Assembly (NCBI GenBank): GCA_964591645.1
Contig: CAZQBH010000002.1
Location: 4,651 to 32,686, forward strand
Direction: 5' to 3'
Length of the DNA: 28,036 nt
Source: an uncultured Pseudomonadales bacterium
GTDB lineage: Bacteria > Patescibacteriota > Microgenomatia > UBA1400 > RBG-16-45-19
Below, piece after piece: positions 1 to 6,482 of this stretch. Positions within the stretch are counted from its first letter, which is position 1. Each line of letters begins with the position of its first letter. A program made the translations under genes and the position numbers. The notes beneath the pieces are model-generated. The model was not told the DNA's origin, did not search any database, and saw only the letters and a list, made by a program, of their open reading frames with translations.

Positions 1-149
1 TGCGTTTGCTTGTATGACGCATACGATTGGTAAACCCGGATCATACTCACTCCTACAACCAAGGTGGTGACCAGAAGTGAGATGATAATTGGGAAACTGG
101 TCGGCCAATGCATGATTGATCGAGGCCGAGGTGAAGGGTAGGTTTTCAT
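1..149 (-). CDS. Hypothetical membrane-anchored protein, N-terminal part only (runs off window start)
   Basis: Manual translation from ATG at 149: MKTYPSPRPRSIMHWPTSFPIIISLLVTTLVVGVSMIRVYQSYASYKQT, open to the window edge, one hydrophobic segment. Not in the ORF track. Confidence 0.6.
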   Translation of the reverse strand, partial: MKTYPSPRPRSIMHWPTSFPIIISLLVTTLVVGVSMIRVYQSYASYKQT

Positions 150-173
150 ATATATCTACTGTAACATGGATGC

Positions 174-794
174 ATGATTGTATATTTCGTTCGTCATGGA
201 GAAAGCGAAGGCAATGCGGCTAACCAGCATCAAACTCCTGAAACACCCTTGTCTCAAATTGGTCAATTCCAAGCTACGCGAGCAGCTCATCGATTTAAAC
301 ACATTCCGGTGGAGGTAATTCTTTCAAGCGACTACATACGGACACTCCAAACTGCAACAGCGATTAACACTGTTTTACAAAAACAAATCGTGCCCACCCC
401 ATTATTGCGCGAGTTACGGCGTCCCAGTGAAATGGTCGGCCGAACAATCAATGACCCAGCAGTGGTAAAAATTAAGCAACTTATCTCGGACCATCAGAGT
501 GAGCCTGAATGGCATTACAGCAATGAAGAAAATTATTTTGATTTTTCCCAGCGGGCCCGAGCTTGTTTACGAATGATTGGAGATCGTGAAGAATCCAAAA
601 TCCTATGCGTAACTCACGGATTTGTACTTTGTATGTTGATAAGTACGATTATTTTTGGGGATCAACTGACTCCCGCTTTGTTTGAAACGATGTACCATCA
701 GTTTCACCACGAGAATACCGGCATTACTATCTGTACGTATGCATCAAGTGATTGGCGGCTTGTTACTTGGAATGACCACGCACATTTAGGCTAA
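174..794 (+). CDS. Histidine phosphatase family protein (PGM/CobC-like)
   Basis: N-terminal VRHGES motif, SSDYIRTLQTA, LRE and C-terminal VTHG motif typical of branch-1 histidine phosphatases. Confidence 0.92.
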   Translation: MIVYFVRHGESEGNAANQHQTPETPLSQIGQFQATRAAHRFKHIPVEVILSSDYIRTLQTATAINTVLQKQIVPTPLLRELRRPSEMVGRTINDPAVVKIKQLISDHQSEPEWHYSNEENYFDFSQRARACLRMIGDREESKILCVTHGFVLCMLISTIIFGDQLTPALFETMYHQFHHENTGITICTYASSDWRLVTWNDHAHLG

Positions 795-2213
795 AATTTT
801 TATTTCAGTTTGCAACCGTTTCACACATTCTGCTTTACCTAAAACATGGATAACATCGAATAGCGGCGGGGTCGCTTCGGCCCCCGTTAAAGTTAAGCGG
901 ATGGACATAAAAGCAGGTCGAGGTTTCATACCTGATTTTTCCTGAAGACCACGGAGGGCTGTTTCGATGGCAGCCACACTCCAGTCAGTAATATCAGACA
1001 ACACGGTGCGCACTTGATTTAAGTAATCAGCCAGTTGATGGACTTCAAGTTTGGCAGTTTTGAGTAATTCCGGTTGATCAACTGCAGGGGTTTCATAAAA
1101 GAAGTTGGTCAGCATGGGCAGATCACTTAATTTCACCAATCGTTCTTTGATAAGCGGCAAAATGGTAACTAACAATTCTTTGGATAAGTTCTCGGGGCGG
1201 AATGGTTCAAGCCGCTTTAATAACTCATTATCAGCCATATCGCGAATCCACTGGCCATTTGTCCAATCTAGTTTCTTAAGGTCGACGATGGGACCTAAGA
1301 TATGCATATGTTCAAACTGAAATTTCTCGATTAGTTCATCAAGGCTAAAAATTTCTTTGCCATCGGGATGGTTCCAGACACGAGTTGCTAAAAAATTTAC
1401 AACTGTTTCGGGCAAGTATCCTTGATCAATATACCAACTCACAGCCGAGTGACCATGACGTTTAGATAATTTCGACTTATCAGGATTTCGTAATAACGGA
1501 GTGTGAATGAATTGAGGGATATCCCACCCAAAATACCGGTAGAGCAAGATGTGTTTTGGAGATGAGCTAATCCATTCTTCCCCCCGAATGACGTGGGTAA
1601 TATTCATGAGATGATCGTCGACTACAACAGCCAAATGATACGTCGGAAAACCATCAGATTTTAGCAAAACTTGATCATCAACCACGTTTGATTGGAATGA
1701 AATGTCACCTCGAACCATATCGTTCATTACAATAGTTTCATTATCAGGAATTTTCATTCGGATAACGTGTGGTTCGGTTTTGGCTCGTTCGGCGGCCTCC
1801 TTTGGATCCAGATGGCGACAATGACGATCATACATAGGCGGCAAACCGGCAGCCTGTCGTTCATTTCTGACTTGCTCTAAGCGTTCTGGAGAACAGAAAC
1901 AGTAATAGGCATGACCTGCGGAAATGAGTTGTTCCGCGAATTTTTTGTATATATCTAACCGCTCAGATTGGCGGTAAGGACCAACCGCACCACCATATCG
2001 AGGTCCTTCATCGGGTTTAATACCCAGCCATTCTAAAGCGTTGAAAATAGCATCTTCTGCTCCTTCAACAAAGCGTGCTCGATCAGTATCTTCTATTCGA
2101 ACAATAAATTGACCGCCGTTTTGTTTGGCGTAAACATAATCAAATAACGCTTGAAAGGCTGTCCCGATATGTGGGAAACCTGTAGGAGAAGGAGCAATGC
2201 GTGTACGAACCAT
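786..2213 (-). CDS. gltX: Glutamate--tRNA ligase
   Basis: RIAPSPTG, HIGH-like HIGT, RIEDTD, CFC...YDRHCR zinc knuckle, HVIRGEEW, KMSKS-like KLSKR. Confidence 0.98.
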   Translation of the reverse strand: MVRTRIAPSPTGFPHIGTAFQALFDYVYAKQNGGQFIVRIEDTDRARFVEGAEDAIFNALEWLGIKPDEGPRYGGAVGPYRQSERLDIYKKFAEQLISAGHAYYCFCSPERLEQVRNERQAAGLPPMYDRHCRHLDPKEAAERAKTEPHVIRMKIPDNETIVMNDMVRGDISFQSNVVDDQVLLKSDGFPTYHLAVVVDDHLMNITHVIRGEEWISSSPKHILLYRYFGWDIPQFIHTPLLRNPDKSKLSKRHGHSAVSWYIDQGYLPETVVNFLATRVWNHPDGKEIFSLDELIEKFQFEHMHILGPIVDLKKLDWTNGQWIRDMADNELLKRLEPFRPENLSKELLVTILPLIKERLVKLSDLPMLTNFFYETPAVDQPELLKTAKLEVHQLADYLNQVRTVLSDITDWSVAAIETALRGLQEKSGMKPRPAFMSIRLTLTGAEATPPLFDVIHVLGKAECVKRLQTEIKILA

Positions 2214-2249
2214 AGTGAACTTTTTTAAAATTTTTAATATTTCCCTTGC

Positions 2250-2258
2250 ATTCTACCA
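2250..2258 (-). promoter_or_regulatory. Extended -10 promoter (TG-G-TAGAAT) for gltX
   Basis: Reverse complement of 2250-2258 is TGGTAGAAT, about 36 nt upstream of the gltX ATG; the leader is AU-rich with no SD. Confidence 0.5.
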
Positions 2259-2280
2259 GAGGTGGTGGGTATACTCAATG

Positions 2281-2306
2281 TGACCCTTCGACTTCGCTTG
2301 GGGTCA
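2281..2306 (+). repeat. Short hairpin, possibly a REP-like element, in the 5' UTR of the 350-aa gene
   Basis: TGACCCT-tcgacttcgctt-GGGGTCA, a 7-bp stem including one G-U pair, immediately before the AAGGAG SD. Confidence 0.4.
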
Positions 2307-2316
2307 AAAGGAGATT

Positions 2317-3369
2317 ATGGCGAGTTTAACTGATAGCGCTCGAGTAAGTCGGATTGTAATTAAGTGGGGTCTGGTGGGATTAGTGGCTTTGATGGTGGGA
2401 CGAATGATTATCGGTGGCCTCATTAGCATGTATAAAAAGGCTCATCCGGTTGTGGCAGCACCGACTGTAGGATTCGGCGCATTGCCTCCAATTACGTTTC
2501 CCAAGAGCGAATACGACACACCAATGGCGTATAAGCTGGAAACGGTAACCGGGAGGTTGCCCACTATGCCAACTCAAGCAGATGTATTATTAATGGCTTC
2601 AACACGCCCGAATTTACTGGCGATGGAGCGTTCTATTACCGAGGCAAACAGTTTAGGTTTTACTGTTCAACCAGAAAAAGTTTCTGATTTAGTGTATCGA
2701 TGGCGAATCATTGACCAAATTCCTTCTACGTTAACTATGAAAATATACGATGGTCGATTCGTATGGGATACTGCCTGGGCAACAAATCCAAATTTTTTGG
2801 TAGAAAAGCAATTGCCGTCTCGGGAACAAGCAATAAAAGATGTATACAATCTTTTGGGAAAAGTGGGTGAAGCTACCAATGACTTGGCTGAGGATGAGTC
2901 AGTGGTTACATACTTAAAAGGAGCGGGAGGGGCATATCAATCGGCAGATTCTTTGTCTGATGCGGATTTTATCCGAATTGATTTGTTTAGAAAAAAATAC
3001 AAAGAAACATTCGCTTTCGTCACACCTCGGGCAGAACAAGGAACCGTCCGAGTAATATTATCGAGTAATTCCAAAGCCGGTAAAGTGGTTCGTATGGAAT
3101 ACAACTATTTTCCGATCGACTACACTGTAATTGAAACGTATCCGTTACGACCGGTTCAACAAGCGTGGGAAGAATTACAGGCAGGTAAAGGTTTTGTGGC
3201 TCAGATCGACAATGGGATTTCGGCGATCACAATCCGAAAAGTAACCTTGGCGTATTTTGATAGTTTTGAACCGCAGAAATATATACAACCGGTATATGTC
3301 TTTTCGGGGGACAACCATTTCGTTGGTTATGTTCAGGCGGTCAAAGACGCTAAAACGACGACGAATTAG
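2317..3369 (+). CDS. Hypothetical membrane-anchored extracytoplasmic protein
   Basis: 350-aa ORF, AAGGAG SD 4 nt upstream, single N-terminal TM helix (IVIKWGLVGLVALMVGRMIIGGLI); no recognised family. Confidence 0.8.
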   Translation: MASLTDSARVSRIVIKWGLVGLVALMVGRMIIGGLISMYKKAHPVVAAPTVGFGALPPITFPKSEYDTPMAYKLETVTGRLPTMPTQADVLLMASTRPNLLAMERSITEANSLGFTVQPEKVSDLVYRWRIIDQIPSTLTMKIYDGRFVWDTAWATNPNFLVEKQLPSREQAIKDVYNLLGKVGEATNDLAEDESVVTYLKGAGGAYQSADSLSDADFIRIDLFRKKYKETFAFVTPRAEQGTVRVILSSNSKAGKVVRMEYNYFPIDYTVIETYPLRPVQQAWEELQAGKGFVAQIDNGISAITIRKVTLAYFDSFEPQKYIQPVYVFSGDNHFVGYVQAVKDAKTTTN

Positions 3370-4280
3370 TCTACCCATTTAAATGTGGAATATACCCATT
3401 CAATGAGCTTGGTTGAGTCGGCGAAACGGTCCTGACTTTTGAGTACAACGGTAATGATATCGTGACCATTGCGAGTCACATAGGTTGCCAAACAATCCCC
3501 CGCCACTTCCGTCCAACCGGTTTTAACCCCGATGACACCGGGAACCGTCCACAGTAATTCGTTTAGGTTTTTTAGCTTATGCACGGTCTGTTTATCGGTG
3601 GTATAAACCGTATCTTCTTTAGTACCCACAAAACCCTTAAGCGTCTGGTTTTTCATGAGTTCATTAGCAATCAAGCTAAGGTCATAGGCACTACTATAAT
3701 GATCATCTGCTTCGACCCCAGATACATTGGAAAAATGCGTGTCTTTCAAACCAAGGGTAATAGCCCGCTGATTCATGAGATTAATAAAGGTGGAATACCC
3801 TCCCGCATGATGATCCGCCAAACTAACAGCAGCATCATTACCAGAATTAATCAGCATCGCTTCGATGAGATTCCTGACGGTTACCTTTTCCCCAGGATTC
3901 AAATCAACCGCATGACCAATCGCATCGGCAGCCCGAGTTACTACCACCGTTTCCTCCGGATCGTATTCAGTTTGGGCGACCAATGCGGTCATCATTTTGG
4001 TAGTGGAAGCAGGCATTAAACGTTCATGCTCATTTTTACCAAATATAAATTGACCGCTGGCGACGTCGTAAATTGCGACGGCTTGAGCTGAAATACTGGC
4101 AGGAAACGCACTCTCTTCGTGTTGCGCGGGAGGGAGGGCCATTTTATCTATTAGAGGGGTAACGGTTGTCGGTGAAGGTGACGCATTGGGTTGCCGCGGG
4201 GGATGGATAACTAAAAAATATCCTCCAACCCCTCCGATAATAACCATCAAACAAACGCAGACGATGATCAACCGTTTCAT
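3366..4280 (-). CDS. dacA: D-alanyl-D-alanine carboxypeptidase (peptidase S11), N-terminal membrane anchor
   Basis: SxxK (ASTTK), SxN (SGND) and KTG (GVKTGWT) penicillin-binding motifs; TM helix plus Pro-rich linker. Confidence 0.93.
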   Translation of the reverse strand: MKRLIIVCVCLMVIIGGVGGYFLVIHPPRQPNASPSPTTVTPLIDKMALPPAQHEESAFPASISAQAVAIYDVASGQFIFGKNEHERLMPASTTKMMTALVAQTEYDPEETVVVTRAADAIGHAVDLNPGEKVTVRNLIEAMLINSGNDAAVSLADHHAGGYSTFINLMNQRAITLGLKDTHFSNVSGVEADDHYSSAYDLSLIANELMKNQTLKGFVGTKEDTVYTTDKQTVHKLKNLNELLWTVPGVIGVKTGWTEVAGDCLATYVTRNGHDIITVVLKSQDRFADSTKLIEWVYSTFKWVD

Positions 4281-5626
4281 TATTCCGTTTCTTTACCTTT
4301 GGGTTGAGATAGTGATAAACGCGTATCGATTCGTTCCATATCGCGCGGGAATAAGCTGGCTTCCCGAATATTTTTGAGACCCAGGATTTGCATGGTTACG
4401 CGCTCGGCACCAAGAGCAAATCCCCCTAACGGAGGCACACCATACCGGAAGGATTGCAGATACAATTCAATATCTTCTGGTTTAAGACCCCATTGGGTAA
4501 CATGCTCCAGAATCTCTTCATAGGTATGCAACCGTTCACCTCCACTGCTCCATTCCACTCCCCGACCCAACAAATCAACACTATAGGCATAGGTGGGATC
4601 GGCGGGATCTGGAGCGACATAAAACGGTTTCTTGGCGGTAACAAAATGGGTAATAAAGATTAAGTCGGAACCAAGCTGTTCTTTGGCATATGCACAAATT
4701 TCACGCTCATCCTCGGGAGCTAGGTCTTTTTCTTGACGACAGTCACGCCCAGTCCGTTCAAAGATTATGTTTTGGGCTTCTCGAAGCTTTAACGCTGGAA
4801 TTTTTTCTGGAACCATAGGTAACGTTGCATTGTACAGAGCTAATTCGGTGGCGCATTTTTCCTGTACTTCATGAAAAATATATTTAATGACATATTCTTG
4901 CATCTCAATCACGTCTTCCCACGAATCCAAGAAGCCAAATTCTGCATCCAGACTGGTAGCTTCAGTGAGGTGCCGGGTGGTAACGGAGGGTTCAGCCCGG
5001 AAGATTTGATTAACAGAAAAGACCCGTTCAAAAGCGCCCACGAGCAACGATTTATATAGTTGAGGGCTCTGAGAAAGATATGCGTTTCGGTTAAAATAGC
5101 TGATCTTAAATACTTCCGCTCCCCCTTCAGGAACAGAAGAAATGATCGAGGGAGCTTGAAATTCCATAAAATCTTTGGCTTGTAATGCCCGTCTAAAGCT
5201 ATCAACCACCACTTGTTGGACTTTGAAAATGGCTTGGACTTTTGGATGCCGGAGAACGAGTGAACGATAATCGAGCTGAATGGGAAGTTCTGGATCGAGA
5301 TCTTCCTTGTTCATATCAAAGGGAAGTTCGGCTGCTTTGGAGATCAATTCAATTTTTTCAGCAACAACTTCGATTGTTCCGGTGGCCATTTTGGGATTTA
5401 TCAGTTTTTCCGGGCGGGCTTGGATTTTACCGGTTATGTAGATAACGTCCTCAGCATGAACACTGCTCGATAGTTCACCAAAAGCGAAGACTTGAACTTT
5501 ACCAGTTCGATCGCGCAGATCAATAAAAGAAATCTTGCCGTGATCTCGTTTGACATCCACCCAGCCTTTGAGTAAAACCGTCTCACCCACTTTGGAAACT
5601 GTGTCTTTGATAAGTGTGCGTTCCAT
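4280..5626 (-). CDS. aspS: Aspartate--tRNA ligase, short form (no GAD insertion), probably non-discriminating Asp/Asn
   Basis: OB-fold GWV..KRDHGKISFIDLRD, YLSQSPQLYK, motif 2 FRAEP, motif 3 GVPPLGGFALGAERV; 448 aa; AAGGAG SD. Confidence 0.95.
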   Translation of the reverse strand: MERTLIKDTVSKVGETVLLKGWVDVKRDHGKISFIDLRDRTGKVQVFAFGELSSSVHAEDVIYITGKIQARPEKLINPKMATGTIEVVAEKIELISKAAELPFDMNKEDLDPELPIQLDYRSLVLRHPKVQAIFKVQQVVVDSFRRALQAKDFMEFQAPSIISSVPEGGAEVFKISYFNRNAYLSQSPQLYKSLLVGAFERVFSVNQIFRAEPSVTTRHLTEATSLDAEFGFLDSWEDVIEMQEYVIKYIFHEVQEKCATELALYNATLPMVPEKIPALKLREAQNIIFERTGRDCRQEKDLAPEDEREICAYAKEQLGSDLIFITHFVTAKKPFYVAPDPADPTYAYSVDLLGRGVEWSSGGERLHTYEEILEHVTQWGLKPEDIELYLQSFRYGVPPLGGFALGAERVTMQILGLKNIREASLFPRDMERIDTRLSLSQPKGKETE

Positions 5627-5656
5627 ATACGCTCCTTTATATACTTATTTAGCCAT

Positions 5657-5837
5657 AAAAAAAGATGGCATTCCAACATACATTTGTATGAAGGGTCCGG
5701 AGTACTCCGGGCGGTGCCACCTTACTTATTTCTCTTTCCTGCTATTACGGGCGTACCCGGCGTGGTTCTACTCGTCGAATCAAGGCTCGACTTTCTTCCT
5801 GCAGCTCTTCCGGTGTCAGCCGGAATCAAATGCTTGT
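5657..5837 (-). ncRNA. T-box riboswitch, ultrashort Stem I type, Asp (GAC) specifier
   Basis: Minus strand: GA-UUCCGG-[CUGACA]-CCGGAA-GA (Stem I with GA motif); GGAAGAA...AGUAGAACC (Stem II S-turn); CGGG-UACG-CCCG (Stem IIA); AAGG-UGGCACC-GC...CCUU (antiterminator, 5711-5723); U7 tract at 5663-5657. Confidence 0.9.
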
Positions 5838-5843
5838 TTTAGT

Positions 5844-5849
5844 ATTGTA
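5844..5849 (-). promoter_or_regulatory. -10 box (TACAAT) for the T-box/aspS transcript
   Basis: TACAAT lies about 14 nt before the start of Stem I; no convincing -35. Confidence 0.55.
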
Positions 5850-5917
5850 CTACATTACCAAAATCGATTACAGCTTTGATCGTATGATAATATCATATAA
5901 ATTGTTTGTGGTGATTT

Positions 5918-6097
5918 ATGCGAAGAATTGAAGATGATCCCAAAATATCTCCTAAGGAAGGTACTGTAGAACAGCGAGCTGCTGATTTGTTTGAACTAAT
6001 TGGTGATTTGGTTTATAAAATGTATGATTTAGGACCTGATAATCATCCTCATTCACAGGATTTGCCTGAACCTGAGAGTGACGAGGATTCCGCTTGA
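5918..6097 (+). CDS. Orphan 59-aa acidic protein
   Basis: Manual translation MRRIEDDPKISPKEGTVEQRAADLFELIGDLVYKMYDLGPDNHPHSQDLPEPESDEDSA; SD-like GGTGAT upstream; below the ORF-track cutoff. Confidence 0.55.
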   Translation: MRRIEDDPKISPKEGTVEQRAADLFELIGDLVYKMYDLGPDNHPHSQDLPEPESDEDSA

Positions 6098-6122
6098 CCT
6101 CTGTTTTGTCTTGTGATCTAAT
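6094..6122 (+). promoter_or_regulatory. Candidate sigma70 promoter TTGACC-N17-TCTAAT with TGn extension
   Basis: Good -35, 17-nt spacer and TG at 6114-6115, but the -10 lacks the conserved second-position A. Confidence 0.4.
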
Positions 6123-6129
6123 ACACGAT

Positions 6130-6204
6130 ATGTTTATTGTCTGTCACAGCCGTCATGTTATTGCTCAAATTACCCTTATTAAAGGAGCGGTTTTGGTGGA
6201 TTAG
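6130..6204 (+). CDS. Candidate 24-aa leader peptide MFIVCHSRHVIAQITLIKGAVLVD
   Basis: ATG 7 nt after the candidate -10 (leaderless position); stop TAG at 6202-6204 falls at the end of the antiterminator 5' strand. Confidence 0.3.
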   Translation: MFIVCHSRHVIAQITLIKGAVLVD

Positions 6205-6231
6205 TCACATGAAGACAGAGAATAATCAACC

Positions 6232-6260
6232 AAAACCTCCTCAAATACGGAGGTTTTTTT
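6232..6260 (+). terminator. Intrinsic terminator hairpin that also occludes the SD of the 73-aa ORF
   Basis: AAAACCTCC-tcaaatac-GGAGGTTTT-TTT, followed directly by ATG at 6261. Confidence 0.75.
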
Positions 6261-6482
6261 ATGCTTAATCATGATCAACTACAAACATTTATCCCGCCGG
6301 ATGTTAATAGGATCCGGAACGATATACGATTTGGGCACACTACTTTATTTGATTTGGAACAAGAGGGTTTGGATATGCTTAATTCACTTGGTGTTTATGC
6401 AAATCCTGAGGTAGTGATTGCCTGGGTCGAATCGATATTTAATTTGAGCGGTTCAGCCAGTGAGGACGATCTAATCAGCTAA
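6261..6482 (+). CDS. Orphan 73-aa acidic protein
   Basis: Perfect GGAGG SD 7 nt upstream; 12 D/E, 3 R, no K; 12-nt tail-to-tail overlap with recJ. Confidence 0.6.
   Translation: MLNHDQLQTFIPPDVNRIRNDIRFGHTTLFDLEQEGLDMLNSLGVYANPEVVIAWVESIFNLSGSASEDDLIS

Larger units (their letters stand above)
6130..6260 (+). ncRNA. Candidate cis-regulatory leader (attenuator-like) with mutually exclusive helices
   Basis: 5' helix 6134-6158/6207-6225; antiterminator 6183-6203/6223-6241; terminator 6232-6240/6249-6257 followed by U tract. Confidence 0.6.

Noticed and set aside
2214-2316. A second T-box upstream of gltX
   Set aside because: No GGTGGNACC motif on the minus strand; the extended -10 is only ~36 nt from the ATG.
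5550-5879. 109-aa plus-strand ORF across the aspS leader
   Set aside because: Overlaps the aspS start antisense and spans the T-box; the sequence is better explained by the RNA structure.
6130-6260. 6S RNA, SRP RNA or a known riboswitch class as the identity of the structured leader
   Set aside because: The hairpin (~92 nt) is too short for 6S and lacks a two-sided central bubble; no SRP GGAAG/GNRA motif; no core motif of the riboswitch classes I compared from memory. An Rfam scan is still needed.
6261-6482. Type I toxin behind an SD-sequestering leader
   Set aside because: The protein is acidic with no TM helix, unlike typical small hydrophobic type I toxins; no antisense promoter identified.
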